From NCBI GenBank assembly GCA_963716395.1, contig OY970309.1, positions 3,328,001 through 3,392,000 of the forward strand: a stretch of DNA of 64,000 bases. The letters are read 5' to 3'. A program made the translations under genes and the position numbers. Shown here in pieces: positions 28,742-38,967 of the stretch. The notes under the pieces were generated by a model, which saw only the letters and a program-made list of their open reading frames with translations, made no database searches and was not told where the DNA came from. This DNA comes from an uncultured Fibrobacteria bacterium (GTDB lineage: Bacteria > Fibrobacterota > Fibrobacteria > UBA11236). Every line of letters starts with the position of its first letter. Positions within the stretch are counted from its first letter, which is position 1.

Positions 28742-30974
28742 GCCCCAAGGCTCGGCGCAACCGTTCCTCCCCGAGTCGGCGCTTATCCGCCGCTACCGCT
28801 GCAGTCGCAGCGTCGACAAAAGACTGGATTTCGGTGAAGCGCGCGAGCAGGCGCGTTTCGAATTCGCCGGAAGGCGCGCCCCAGCTCTCGATCACCTCTT
28901 GCATGAATCCCCGTTCGCAGCCGCCGCTCCAACCCGCACGCAAGGCAACACTTCCCAGCCGGGGTAATTCCGGAGCCGCCCACGATTTCGCCAGGCGAAT
29001 ACGGTGCCGCGCCCAGATCGCGACGGCGTCGCTGGGCATGGCCCAGAGCAGGCGGTGGGCGGTTTCCACATCTTGCCGTACCGGGCGCCGCTCTTTGACG
29101 GCGGCGATTTGCAAAAAGGCGGCGTAAGCCAACAGCGGATCTTCATGCGCTCCGGGCTCGCGGGGGGGCAGCGGAGTCGGCGACGCGTCCAGGGCCGGGA
29201 AAAGATCGAGTTCCAGCAGCAGAACTCCCACCAACAGCCCGATCACGCTTTCGTCAAAGGCCCCGCTGTGCGCGAAAGCATCGCCGGCTTCGTCCTCGCC
29301 CGCCGGCTCGTCCTGCCAAATGCGATCGCGGTAGCGGTATTGCACCTCTTCAAGATTGGGACGGAAACCGTAAACGGCCGACACCAGCGATTCCAGGGAG
29401 GCCAGAAATACCGTGGGACGGCCCACCAAAGCCGATTCCAATTGTTCCCAGGTCGCGGCCGGCAGCGGAAGCGGCCGGCGCACATCGTCGTTCTGCAGGA
29501 GCCGCATCAGCCTTCCCAGGCTGCGGCTGCCGGCGGGAGTCAACCCGAACGCCAAGGCGGTGTCGAGCGCGCGCACGCGCGCCAAAAGCGCGATGAAGGC
29601 CCGGAAGACCGGCGATTGCGAAGAAAAGTTGCGGCGCAGGCTTTGCAGAATTTCGTCCCACTCGCGCAATTGGGCGCGCGAGGGCGGATGGATGCTCGCG
29701 GCCGCGGGTTCAAAGGCCAACTCCGACTCGGCGCCCGAGGTCGGCTTGAGCACGGGGAAGGTGCCCGTTGCCATTTCGCGCGCGGCTTCGCCGGCGCGGC
29801 GGATGGCTTGCATATAGTCGAAGCGCGCCTGTTGCCGATCTTCGCGCGCACGCGCCGCCGAACGGCGCTCGGCCTGCAGCAAACCGTTGAAATGCCTGAG
29901 CAACGATTGGATCTGGTAATCCTTATGCATGTCCTGGCGTTGGATGCGGTGGATCATGGCGTCGCCCAAGGTGTTGATTCCCGCGGCGGCCTGCGTCGGC
30001 GATTGCACCAAGCGGGCGCCGCCGGCGCATACCAGTTCCAACGCCGAGAATTTCCGACCGTACAGCGCAAACCCTTCTTCGGAAAGCCGCGCCGGCAGCA
30101 ACACGGTAAGATCGGACCCGAACAGGCCCACGTTCTGCAGCCATTCGGCGAGATCGTCATGGTACAGGCCGCCCGGGTCCAGCACCAATTCGCGAATCAT
30201 GGAGAAGGTCGGATTTCCCACGCTGCGGTTGAACAGCACGGAACGCGCGGCCAAAAACACATCCAGCGGGCTGACCGTGAATTCCAGGCGGCCGGCTCCG
30301 GCCCGATTGAAGCGGGCGGCCAAATCCACGGTTTCCAGAAAAGTGGAAAGGCAGAGCGAGGGCGCTTCATGCATGCTGCCTAACAAGGGCAAACGCGCGG
30401 CCCGGGCCATGAAGCGCAGAAGATCGGCCATGCCGCGGCTGACCAGCGGTTCGCCGCCATGCAGCAATTGCAGAAAAAGTTCGGTTTGGCGGGGATCGAA
30501 GTGTTCGTCCTCACGCCGCGACGAGGTCAAACGCCGGGCCAAGGCGAAAAATCCGTTATGCTCCGAAGCCGTCACCAAGGTGCGCCGCGTATCATCGAGA
30601 TCGGCGGCCAGGCGCACCAGACCCAGAAAGGTTCCGGGATCGTAGTCACGGCGCGTGCCGACGAATTGGGTTTCGACTTCCATGATGAACTGGTGCGAGG
30701 GCGCTTCGAGGTGATCGGCGAATTGGGGCCGGCGCACCTGCAGAAATTTGTACACGTCATCGTCGAGACGCTGCCAGGTATCCGCCGATGCGAGGGCGGG
30801 CGAAACGTATTCAGGCATCATGCCGGGACGCATGAAGCTGCGACGACGGATACGGGGACCGGTGGCCATTCCCGCTTCCTGCGGGTCGAGTTGCACCGGT
30901 TCGGTCAATTCTTTATTGCTCTCGGCCGCAATGCGCCGGATCAAATCTTGGGTGTCTTTGACGCCGATTTGCAC
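28728..30974 (-). CDS. Hypothetical protein (748 aa)
   Basis: Long ORF overlapping the downstream TPR gene by 14 bp; no motif recognised. Confidence 0.7.
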   Translation of the reverse strand: MQIGVKDTQDLIRRIAAESNKELTEPVQLDPQEAGMATGPRIRRRSFMRPGMMPEYVSPALASADTWQRLDDDVYKFLQVRRPQFADHLEAPSHQFIMEVETQFVGTRRDYDPGTFLGLVRLAADLDDTRRTLVTASEHNGFFALARRLTSSRREDEHFDPRQTELFLQLLHGGEPLVSRGMADLLRFMARAARLPLLGSMHEAPSLCLSTFLETVDLAARFNRAGAGRLEFTVSPLDVFLAARSVLFNRSVGNPTFSMIRELVLDPGGLYHDDLAEWLQNVGLFGSDLTVLLPARLSEEGFALYGRKFSALELVCAGGARLVQSPTQAAAGINTLGDAMIHRIQRQDMHKDYQIQSLLRHFNGLLQAERRSAARAREDRQQARFDYMQAIRRAGEAAREMATGTFPVLKPTSGAESELAFEPAAASIHPPSRAQLREWDEILQSLRRNFSSQSPVFRAFIALLARVRALDTALAFGLTPAGSRSLGRLMRLLQNDDVRRPLPLPAATWEQLESALVGRPTVFLASLESLVSAVYGFRPNLEEVQYRYRDRIWQDEPAGEDEAGDAFAHSGAFDESVIGLLVGVLLLELDLFPALDASPTPLPPREPGAHEDPLLAYAAFLQIAAVKERRPVRQDVETAHRLLWAMPSDAVAIWARHRIRLAKSWAAPELPRLGSVALRAGWSGGCERGFMQEVIESWGAPSGEFETRLLARFTEIQSFVDAATAAVAADKRRLGEERLRRALGRDDL

Positions 30975-31147
30975 GATGATGGTTTCCGCTCTGGCTCCGA
31001 GCCCGGAGACAAATAGTAGCTGATTCCTGCGCCGCCTGCGATCCGCAAACCCGCGCGCACCGGGAAGTCCATGGAAACGCCGGGTTTAAGCGTCGTCTGA
31101 GAATGGTTAGCTTCTCCCCTCCGAATCGAGACACCCCGGCGCTGGCT

Positions 31148-32203
31148 ATGATCATTCCGCTGCATCCCCGGCTTTCCGACGTCGAAGAACGCGAACTCGT
31201 TGAAATCGCTGCCGAATTCGGCGTGCGCGTGCAACCGATTCATGGCACCGAACGCTCGATATACGCCCTGCTCGGCGACGAGACTTCGACGGAACTGATT
31301 AACCGCATCGAAGGTCTGGCTTATGTCGATCGCGTCGATCGCATCCAAGCCCCGTTCAAGTTGATGGCGCGCGAAAGCAAACTGGCGCAGCACCGCATCA
31401 CGATAGGCCGCCGGCGATTACCCGGCGATTTCGCCGTGGTGGCTGGCCCCTGCACCATCGATCCCAACAACAAAAACCTGTTCCTGGAAACCGCGCACGC
31501 GGCCAAGGAAGGCGGCGCCGACATGCTGCGCGGCGGCGTCTGGAAGCCGCGCACCTCTCCCCACTCCTTTCAGGGCGACGGCAAAAGTTTGGAAATCCTG
31601 CTCGAAGCCCGCATGCGCACGGGCCTTCCGGTCAACACCGAAGTCATGGACCATGAGCAGGCGAAGCTTTGCGTCGAGGCCGGCGTCGATTGCCTGCAAA
31701 TCGGAGCGCGCAGCGCGCTGAATTACCGCTTGTTGCAAGACGTCGGCCGCCTGACCAAGGACACTTCCATCCGGGTTCTGCTCAAACGCGGAATGCACAT
31801 GGGCCCGGTTTCGGAATTCATTCTCGCGGCCGAATATGTGGTGGCGCAGGGCAATCCCAACATCCTCTTGTGCCCCCGCGGAACCATGCCGCCGCTCGAA
31901 GGTTATCGCAATCATCCCGACGAAAGCATCACCCCCCTGCTCAAGGAAAAAACCTGGGCGCCGGTGGTGGTCGATCCTTCACACAGCGTAGGTAAGGCGG
32001 TGTATGTGCCGCATGCCGCGCTGGCCGCCGTGGCCTACGGTGCCGACGGGCTGCTCATCGAAACCCATTGCCAACCCAAAAAAGGCATCGGCGACGACCC
32101 CAAGCAGTCGGTGACGCCTGAAGTGCTGGCGCATATTATCCGCGAAGCCCGCGCCTTGCACGCACGTCTGCCGCATTTGGCGCCACCGGCCCAAGGGGCT
32201 TGA
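31148..32203 (+). CDS. aroF: DAHP synthase type I-beta with N-terminal regulatory domain
   Basis: AGPC, RGGVWKPRTSPHSFQG, LQIGAR, LLKRG, VVDPSHSVG, GADGLLIETH. Start set at MIIPL. Confidence 0.9.
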   Translation: MIIPLHPRLSDVEERELVEIAAEFGVRVQPIHGTERSIYALLGDETSTELINRIEGLAYVDRVDRIQAPFKLMARESKLAQHRITIGRRRLPGDFAVVAGPCTIDPNNKNLFLETAHAAKEGGADMLRGGVWKPRTSPHSFQGDGKSLEILLEARMRTGLPVNTEVMDHEQAKLCVEAGVDCLQIGARSALNYRLLQDVGRLTKDTSIRVLLKRGMHMGPVSEFILAAEYVVAQGNPNILLCPRGTMPPLEGYRNHPDESITPLLKEKTWAPVVVDPSHSVGKAVYVPHAALAAVAYGADGLLIETHCQPKKGIGDDPKQSVTPEVLAHIIREARALHARLPHLAPPAQGA

Positions 32204-32207
32204 CGTC

Positions 32208-33443
32208 TTGAGCCATCCGGATCCCCCGGAATCCACCGCGCCCCGCAAACATCCGCCCCGCGCCTGGGATTTTCTGCCGCCGCGTTGCCGGCGGGTCGTC
32301 GCCAATCTCGGGTTCGCCGGGCCGACCGAAGTCCAATCCCGCTGCCTGGCCCGCGCGCTGGCAGGAGAATCGCTGCGCATCACTGCGCCTACGGGCACGG
32401 GAAAGACCTTGGTGTATTTGCTGCCGCTGTGGAACTCTCTCCCGGCCCGCGAACGCAACCTGATTCTGGTCCCGACGCGCGAACTCGCTTATCAGGTTTC
32501 GCAAATGCTGCAGGCCTTGGATCCCGCGGCCCGGGAGGGATTGGTGCTGGTCGTGGGCGGACATGCCGCGGAGGCGCAAGCGGACTCTCTGCGACGCGGT
32601 TGGCACACCGTCATTGCCACCCCTGGCCGCCTGCTCGACCTCCTGTCTTCGCGTCCGCAGGCCTTGCACGCCCTCCAATTGTTGGTACTCGACGAGTTCG
32701 ACCGCTTGCTGGATTTGGGTTTTGAACCGCAAATCCGGGCGATACTCTCTCGCCTGCCGTCCGCGCGGCAAACGCTTTTGTTTTCCGCCACCGAGGGCGA
32801 CGCCCCGTATGCGGCCCTGGGTTTGGATGCGCTGGCGGCGTGTAGACCCGATCCCCAGGTGAAAACGCAACTGGAGGAACGCTTTTATTTTCTCAAGTCC
32901 AACCGCAAAAAAAACGAGTTGTTGCTCGAAGCCTTGCTCCCGCTGCAAGGCCAGGCCCTGGTGTTCGTGGCCAATCGCGAAAAGGCGAACCACCTCAACG
33001 GCTTGCTGCGCTTGCGCGGTTTCGCGGCGCAGGCTTTGCATGGCAGCCGGCTGCAGCGCGAACGCGCCCGCGCCTACCAGGATTTTCACGACGGCCGCTG
33101 TCGGGTGCTGGTGGCCACCGATCTCGCTGCCCGCGGGCTCGATATTCCCGCGGTGGATTTGATCGTGAACTTCGATTTGCCGCGCGACCTTCGCGACTAC
33201 GTGCACCGCTCCGGCCGCACGGCACGGCAATCGCGGCCCGGTGTCTGCCTCAGCTTCGTCGGCCCCGATGATTTCTTGGCCTTGCGCAATCTGGAACAGG
33301 GCTTTGCCTCTCCCCTGCCCGCGCATCCCGATTATGCGCAGTACGAAAATTGGAAGCGCCATGCATTGCGCGTTCATCAAGCCAAAACCAAAGCCCAGAA
33401 TCAATTGGCCGCAATTCATCGCAAGCAGGGATTGAAGCCTTAA
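32208..33443 (+). CDS. DEAD/DEAH-box helicase (DEFD variant)
   Basis: GFAGPTEVQ, APTGTGKT, PTRELA, TPGRLLD, DEFD, SAT, ARGLD, HRSGRTAR. Confidence 0.9.
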   Translation: MSHPDPPESTAPRKHPPRAWDFLPPRCRRVVANLGFAGPTEVQSRCLARALAGESLRITAPTGTGKTLVYLLPLWNSLPARERNLILVPTRELAYQVSQMLQALDPAAREGLVLVVGGHAAEAQADSLRRGWHTVIATPGRLLDLLSSRPQALHALQLLVLDEFDRLLDLGFEPQIRAILSRLPSARQTLLFSATEGDAPYAALGLDALAACRPDPQVKTQLEERFYFLKSNRKKNELLLEALLPLQGQALVFVANREKANHLNGLLRLRGFAAQALHGSRLQRERARAYQDFHDGRCRVLVATDLAARGLDIPAVDLIVNFDLPRDLRDYVHRSGRTARQSRPGVCLSFVGPDDFLALRNLEQGFASPLPAHPDYAQYENWKRHALRVHQAKTKAQNQLAAIHRKQGLKP

Positions 33444-33617
33444 TCAAGATCGATCCTTTCCTCGAAATGGCGATATGCGGGGCGCGGATTGCGAATCCGA
33501 TAGAAGGGATGATTATGCTTAATCCAATAAAAATCAATATGTTACACAATTCACGCAATCCGTTTCATTTCGCCCCTGGGAAAATGCAAGCGGCGGGAAT
33601 ACCAACCAAAAAATCGT

Positions 33618-33646
33618 TTGCAAAAGCCGGAGGGGCGCATTAGTTT
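33618..33646 (+). promoter_or_regulatory. Sigma70-like promoter with no downstream + strand ORF
   Basis: TTGCAA-17 bp-TAGTTT, preceded by an A-rich UP-like tract. Confidence 0.55.
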
Positions 33647-33652
33647 AAAAAA

Positions 33653-33745
33653 AAGTGATTTCCCTCGATTAGTGTCCGTTGCGCGGGTAATAACGGCCTA
33701 ATCATTGATACGGCGGCCTCGCAAGAGGCCGCCGTCCCCGTTTTT
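33653..33745 (+). ncRNA. Candidate small RNA (two hairpins)
   Basis: Hairpin 1 GATTAG..CCGTT/AACGG..CTAATC (33667-33703); hairpin 2 ACGGCGGCCTC-GCAA-GAGGCCGCCGT (33710-33735), then CCCCGTTTTT. Confidence 0.45.
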
Positions 33746-33788
33746 AGGCTGCCGATAACTGCCGGTAATTTAGGGTGAAGACCCCGGC

Positions 33789-34511
33789 TTATTGGTGTTT
33801 GGCTTTCGCCGCAGCGATCAGGTTGGCGAAATACTGAAAGGAACGATCGGTGGCCAAATGGCCGTTGACGAAAACCGTAGGCGTACCTTCAACACCCAGC
33901 TTTTCGCCCAGGGCGATATCTTGATCAAGAATGTGATTCACCGCCGGAGTCAGCGGCATTTCCTTTTTGAATTCGTCCATGTTCAGTCCCAATTCCTGGG
34001 ACGCGGCGAGGTAAAGACTGTCGCTTAATTGGCGATACAGCGGCGCCAATTTGAAGCGGAAGTCGTAGAACTTTCCCTGTTTGCCGGCCGCGATGGCGGC
34101 GGCCGCGGCTTCGCGCGCTTGCGGGTGGATGTTGAGGGGGAAATTCTTGAACACCAGCCGCACGTCCCGGGGGTAGGCCTTGGAGACGGAGTCGAGAATT
34201 GGAGCCAGCATGGCGCAATACGGGCATTGCAGATCCGAAAACTCGACCACTGTCACGGCGGCATCGGCCGGGCCCCGCGTAAAGCTGTTGCCGACGGGTA
34301 TGTCCTTGAATCCCGTATCGGGCGGCGGCTGCCAACCCAGGCGCTGGGCCATGAAATCGTTTTTATCCTGCATGGATTTCAGCAAGGTGAGAATACTGTC
34401 TTGCCGCGCTTCGATGGCCCGCAAACGGCTGTTAACCTGCGGGGAAACGCAGGCGTTCAAACAACACAACAACATCCCCAGAGCAATTCCAACATTTCTT
34501 CGACCCGACAT
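33789..34511 (-). CDS. DsbA-family thioredoxin-fold lipoprotein
   Basis: LNAC lipobox, GPADAAVTVVEFSDLQCPYC, FKNFPL, GVEGTPTVFVNG; RBS GGAG before ATG 34511. Confidence 0.9.
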   Translation of the reverse strand: MSGRRNVGIALGMLLCCLNACVSPQVNSRLRAIEARQDSILTLLKSMQDKNDFMAQRLGWQPPPDTGFKDIPVGNSFTRGPADAAVTVVEFSDLQCPYCAMLAPILDSVSKAYPRDVRLVFKNFPLNIHPQAREAAAAAIAAGKQGKFYDFRFKLAPLYRQLSDSLYLAASQELGLNMDEFKKEMPLTPAVNHILDQDIALGEKLGVEGTPTVFVNGHLATDRSFQYFANLIAAAKAKHQ

Positions 34512-34536
34512 GATTTCTCCTTTTGCGCAACGGGGG

Positions 34537-35202
34537 TTACCCGCCCGCCGCGGCTTGATCCAATAACAAGATGGCCCGGCCATGACCGGCCACGGCCTGG
34601 GTGATGGGCAATTCCATATCGCCTTCCCGGAGGCGTTTTACGGCCGGAGCTTTGGCTTCGCCCAACGCCACGCACACGAGGGTGCGGCAATCCCACAAAG
34701 TCCGCAGACCCAGGGTCACACGCTGCGGCGGGGGTTTGGGACCCGTTACGTCGATCACGATTGACTTACGATCCCGCAGGGCGGCGGATTCCGGAAATAA
34801 GGAGGCGGTGTGGCCGTCTTCCCCCACGCCCAAAAAAATCTGATCGAACACCACCGGGTCCGCGCCGAATTCGCGCTCCAGTACATCACTATATTGCGCC
34901 GCCGAAGTCGCCCAATGCGCGCGTTGTAATCCTAACCCGGCCGGCTCCAACAAAGCCTCGCAACACGTGCGCCAGTTGCAGGCCTCGTCTGCGAAGGCCA
35001 CCCGGCGTTCGTCGACCGGAAAAAACCGCAATGGCGTTCCGGCCTTGACCCGCGCTTGCACGCTCGACGCCCAAAGCGGAAACATCGCGGCAAAGGTGGT
35101 TCCACCGGAAACCGCAAGGCGCGGGCCCTGTAAATATTCCAAGGCGGCCTGTGCCACTTGCTCCAAAGCATTCATGACCCGAATCTGCAAACAACCCTCC
35201 AT
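34537..35202 (-). CDS. pgl: 6-phosphogluconolactonase
   Basis: LAVSGGTT, VDERRV, FLGVGEDGHTASLFP, PKPPPQRVTL. Start uncertain. Confidence 0.9.
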   Translation of the reverse strand: MEGCLQIRVMNALEQVAQAALEYLQGPRLAVSGGTTFAAMFPLWASSVQARVKAGTPLRFFPVDERRVAFADEACNWRTCCEALLEPAGLGLQRAHWATSAAQYSDVLEREFGADPVVFDQIFLGVGEDGHTASLFPESAALRDRKSIVIDVTGPKPPPQRVTLGLRTLWDCRTLVCVALGEAKAPAVKRLREGDMELPITQAVAGHGRAILLLDQAAAGG

Positions 35203-35265
35203 TGTGGGGCGGGATCAGAAACAGGGTATATATTTCCCGCGCATCAGCCTAGGGAGAAGGGAAAT

Positions 35266-36057
35266 ATGCTTTTGCACGAAGACTTCGCGGACCTTGAAAC
35301 ACCCACCGGCCCCATGCGCGTACACCGCTTTCAACCCGCGGCTGGCGGACCTTTTCCCGGCGTAGTTCTCTTTTCCGAAATCTTTCAGGTGACCGGTCCC
35401 ATTCGGCGCACGGCGCGTCTGCTCGCCGGCCAAGGCTACCTGGTCGCGGCGCCGGAGGTATATCACGAATTCGAGCCGGCCGGATGCGCCCTGGCCTACG
35501 ACCAGGAAGGTACCGACAAAGGCAATCGGTATAAAATCGAAAAAGCGGTCGCGGCCTATGATGCCGACGCGGCTGCGGTCATTGCCCATTTGCGCGCCCT
35601 GCCCCAATGCACGGGCCGGCTGGGTTGCATAGGGATATGCCTGGGCGGGCATTTGAGCTTTCGCTGCGCCCTGCATCCCGAAATCCAGGCGGGGGTCTGC
35701 TTCTATGCCACCGACATTCACAAACACAGCCTGGGCAAAGGCCTGCGCGACGATTCGCTGGACCGCGTGGCGGAGCTTCGTGGCGAAATGCTGATGGTTT
35801 GGGGCCGCCAGGATCCACATGTGCCGCAGGCGGGCCGCGACTTGATTTACCGCGCGCTGACCCAGGCCGGCGTGAATTTCACCTGGCATGAGTTCAACGC
35901 CCAGCATGCCTTTCTTCGCGATGAAGGGCATCGCTATGATTCCGCCTTGGCGAATATCGGCTATGCCCTGGTTTTCGAGCTATTCCAACGCCGGTTGCAG
36001 GTCGGCAATGTCACCAACCCTAGCGCACCGGCCACGGCTCCGGTCAAACTGGGTTAG
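35266..36057 (+). CDS. Dienelactone hydrolase family protein
   Basis: SEIFQVTGPIRR, nucleophile elbow GICLGG, QDPHVP, AQHAFLRDEG; start at ATG 35266 after GGAGAAGGG. Confidence 0.92.
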   Translation: MLLHEDFADLETPTGPMRVHRFQPAAGGPFPGVVLFSEIFQVTGPIRRTARLLAGQGYLVAAPEVYHEFEPAGCALAYDQEGTDKGNRYKIEKAVAAYDADAAAVIAHLRALPQCTGRLGCIGICLGGHLSFRCALHPEIQAGVCFYATDIHKHSLGKGLRDDSLDRVAELRGEMLMVWGRQDPHVPQAGRDLIYRALTQAGVNFTWHEFNAQHAFLRDEGHRYDSALANIGYALVFELFQRRLQVGNVTNPSAPATAPVKLG

Positions 36058-36062
36058 CGTCC

Positions 36063-36671
36063 TTACCCCTGATTGGGCTGCACGATGAAGTCCTGGTATT
36101 GCCGCAGCAATGACTCCGATACCGCGGCGTCTTCACCGAGATAGCGCAGCGCCCAGGCGATAGATTCCAAGGTGGCCAACCCCGAGGGCTTGGCCTGATC
36201 GCGCTGCGATGCCTGCAGGGGCCGCAGCGCCAAACGGTTTACCCGCAACAGCCAGGGGTTGCGCCACCACAAGGCGTGGGCCTGCTTCCACGAGCCGTCG
36301 AGCAAAATAAGCCCTGCGAGCGAAGGGGTTTCCGGCAACGGTTCTTCTTTACGGTTAAACAGTTGCCAGGGCTTTTCCAAAGGATGATTGCTTTTGAGAT
36401 ACAACGCGGCCCAATGACGCGGCTCGGTGTCGACGCCCGCCGCCCGGCGCAGATTGGGCCAGGAAAGCCCCACCCGCAAAACACTATTGGACAGGATCAT
36501 ATTGGCCAGGCGCGCCGAATTCCACAGCTTCAACTGTTCCTGGGGGTGCTGCAAAATCACCACGCGCAAACGCGTGCTCTGGATTTGCACCCGGCCGCAA
36601 ACGCATTGGGAACGCGGGCGCAAACATGCGGGGCAGGCCTCGGCCTTGGCAATTTTTCGATCTTGGCGCAT
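36063..36671 (-). CDS. DTW-domain tRNA-uridine aminocarboxypropyltransferase (TapT-like)
   Basis: CPACLRP..QCVC, ILQHPQE, LLDGSW (DTW-type motif), LATLES. Start uncertain. Confidence 0.85.
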   Translation of the reverse strand: MRQDRKIAKAEACPACLRPRSQCVCGRVQIQSTRLRVVILQHPQEQLKLWNSARLANMILSNSVLRVGLSWPNLRRAAGVDTEPRHWAALYLKSNHPLEKPWQLFNRKEEPLPETPSLAGLILLDGSWKQAHALWWRNPWLLRVNRLALRPLQASQRDQAKPSGLATLESIAWALRYLGEDAAVSESLLRQYQDFIVQPNQG

Positions 36672-36715
36672 GGGAAAGGCAAAAGTGCTTTCTGTAATTT
36701 GCATTTTGCTTTCCC

Positions 36716-37036
36716 ATGTTCCGCCTGATTTTTCGCGCCGCAGCGGCACTGTGCCTGCTGGTGTCCGGCTTTTTACTGTGGGAAGGCGGCGGCTTGCCGG
36801 CTTCGGGAACGGCCTGGATTGTGGCCTACTTCGGGTTGTTTCGCGTGCCGGCGGCGGCGGCGGTCATTCTGGCCGCCAACGTGCTTTTGGCCGTGGCTTC
36901 AGCTTGCGTCACCGAACTTTTACTCGGCCTGTTTATGTCTGCGCTGTCGGCCGTGTGTTCGGCGGCCTGCCTGCTGGGCATGCTGGGCGCCTACTTTCCC
37001 CCGCTGTTCGATCACCTGGTGAAATGGTGGCATTGA
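36716..37036 (+). CDS. Small membrane protein
   Basis: Hydrophobic 106-aa ORF ending 7 bp before the ArsC-like gene. Confidence 0.55.
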   Translation: MFRLIFRAAAALCLLVSGFLLWEGGGLPASGTAWIVAYFGLFRVPAAAAVILAANVLLAVASACVTELLLGLFMSALSAVCSAACLLGMLGAYFPPLFDHLVKWWH

Positions 37037-37043
37037 GTCGCGC

Positions 37044-37379
37044 ATGAACCTTCAGATCTTCGGGCGCAAAGACAGCGCCGACACCCGCAAAGCCGAACGC
37101 TGGTTCAAGGAGCGGCGCCTTCCTTTCCAATCCGTCGACCTCAAGATCAAGGGCCTGGCGCCGCGCGAGCTCGAAACCGTGGCCGCGGCCGTGGGCTGGG
37201 AAGCCTTGGCCGATCGCGATGGCAAACGCTGGAGCGAAAAAGGGCTGGCCTTTATGACACCCTCCCGACTTCCCAATGTATTGCGCGAAGATGCATTGCT
37301 CTTGCGCACGCCCATCGTGCGCAACGGGCGCGAGGCCACGGTCGGGTTTCAACCTGAAATCTGGCAAGGATGGAAATGA
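37044..37379 (+). CDS. ArsC/Spx (YffB-like) family protein
   Basis: QIFGRKDSADTRKAERWFKER...LLRTPIVRNG...TVGF; no N-terminal Cys. Confidence 0.85.
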   Translation: MNLQIFGRKDSADTRKAERWFKERRLPFQSVDLKIKGLAPRELETVAAAVGWEALADRDGKRWSEKGLAFMTPSRLPNVLREDALLLRTPIVRNGREATVGFQPEIWQGWK

Positions 37380-37392
37380 CCGGATCGCGCAA

Positions 37393-38967
37393 CTAAAATC
37401 GGTTGTCAACGCCGAGGTGGATCAGCCCGTCGCCCGGACCGCGATCCGGATTCAAAGCATAGGTAACCGCCACGCTCCATTCCCCTTTGTCACCGCCCTT
37501 CGACAATTCGATGCCGACGCCGTAACCCAGCACCTGACGCCAGTAATAATCGCCCACCAGCCGGTTCACCAGACCCGGATCGGTAAAGAGGAAAACGCGG
37601 CCTTTGCGGCCCAGGCCGTATTGCGCCTCGGCTTCGCCGACCACGTAGGCGTTGGTGAGAAATTCGTGCTCGCTGTAGCCGCGTAAGAGGCGGGCGCCGC
37701 CGACATAATACAGTTCGCCGAGATTGAAGCGGCCCGCCAAGGGAAAATTGGTGGCGGCGCTGGCGCCGAACTTCAGTCCCAGCCGATGCGGAAAAGGAAA
37801 CCAGGCTTCGACCGCACCCGTGCTCTGCACCAGGTAATACGAGCTATCCTGGGTATCGCGACGCATTCCAGTGACGCCGATCTCGGCATGCGATCCCGAG
37901 GTCGTGAAGGCCGCGCGATCGCGGTTGTCGAACCCCAATGCCAATCCCGATTGCCAGGCCTCGGTGTGTTGATCGGCCACGGCGTCCTGGTTTTCCTGAT
38001 TTCCCACGCGGATTTCCAGACGGCTCTTAAACCCGAGATCTTTGAAAAAAACCGCGCGGCGGTTCCACTCCCAATAGGTGGTGTCTTGCTGGAGAAAATC
38101 CAGCTCCAGGCGCACGCCCACGGGCAATCCCAGCGGCCAGGGCTCGACATAGGCCAGATGGGCTTCGCGTTCCTGATCGGGCCGGCTGTCAAAGGTGAAA
38201 TCGAAATCGCGCGCCGTGCCCAGAATGTTGACCAGGTGAATGTCGAGGTAGCCGGTAAGATCCTGATTGGCAGCCGCCTTGGAGTCGTAACCGAGCAGTC
38301 CGCCCAATTGGTTCTGATGCGACTCGACCAAGGCCAAGGCGGGATAGAGCAGGTTGCGGGTGGAGTCGCGGTACAAGCCGACCCAATCGGCGGTTTCGAA
38401 GTATCCGGTGCGCCGCAGCCGCTGCAGCGCCTCTTCCAACCGGCGCTGATCATAGGGCTCGCCGATTTCCAGCAAGGACAGGCGGCGCACCGTCTCGGGT
38501 TGCATGTGCGTGCTGCCGCCGTACAGAGTCAGTCCGCCGAATTTGTAGGCATCGCCGCGCCGCACATGCACGAGCACATCGACCGCCGGATGCCCCAGGG
38601 AATCGGGCCGGGCTTGGCAGTGCAGGACCGCGAAGGGAAAACCGTGGTCGAGCAGGAATGCGCGCACCTCCTGTTGCAATGCCGTCAGGTTTTTCCGGCT
38701 GGCCACAGACCCGGAATACCCGCGCAAGGCCAGACCGTCCAACGGATAGCCGTCTTCATCGCGCACCGCGACGTGCCGGATCAGGAACAGCGGACCCCAG
38801 AATAGGCCGGAGGAATCCGCCGCCGCCGACCAATATCCTTGCGCCATGGCCGCCACGCGCAAGCTGTCGCGGGCCTCGGTCGGACCCGGTAACCCTGGCG
38901 ATACGGGTGGGGCGGCCGAGCAGCAGAGTCCGAAATACAGTACAAACAGAAGGACGCCGCGCCGCAT
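37393..38967 (-). CDS. BamA/TamA (Omp85) family outer membrane protein with POTRA domains
   Basis: Signal peptide from MRRGVLL, GFPFA, RLRRTGYFE, NILGTAR, YVEPWPLG, VGGARLLRGY (VRGY-like), terminal F. Confidence 0.88.
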   Translation of the reverse strand: MRRGVLLFVLYFGLCCSAAPPVSPGLPGPTEARDSLRVAAMAQGYWSAAADSSGLFWGPLFLIRHVAVRDEDGYPLDGLALRGYSGSVASRKNLTALQQEVRAFLLDHGFPFAVLHCQARPDSLGHPAVDVLVHVRRGDAYKFGGLTLYGGSTHMQPETVRRLSLLEIGEPYDQRRLEEALQRLRRTGYFETADWVGLYRDSTRNLLYPALALVESHQNQLGGLLGYDSKAAANQDLTGYLDIHLVNILGTARDFDFTFDSRPDQEREAHLAYVEPWPLGLPVGVRLELDFLQQDTTYWEWNRRAVFFKDLGFKSRLEIRVGNQENQDAVADQHTEAWQSGLALGFDNRDRAAFTTSGSHAEIGVTGMRRDTQDSSYYLVQSTGAVEAWFPFPHRLGLKFGASAATNFPLAGRFNLGELYYVGGARLLRGYSEHEFLTNAYVVGEAEAQYGLGRKGRVFLFTDPGLVNRLVGDYYWRQVLGYGVGIELSKGGDKGEWSVAVTYALNPDRGPGDGLIHLGVDNRF

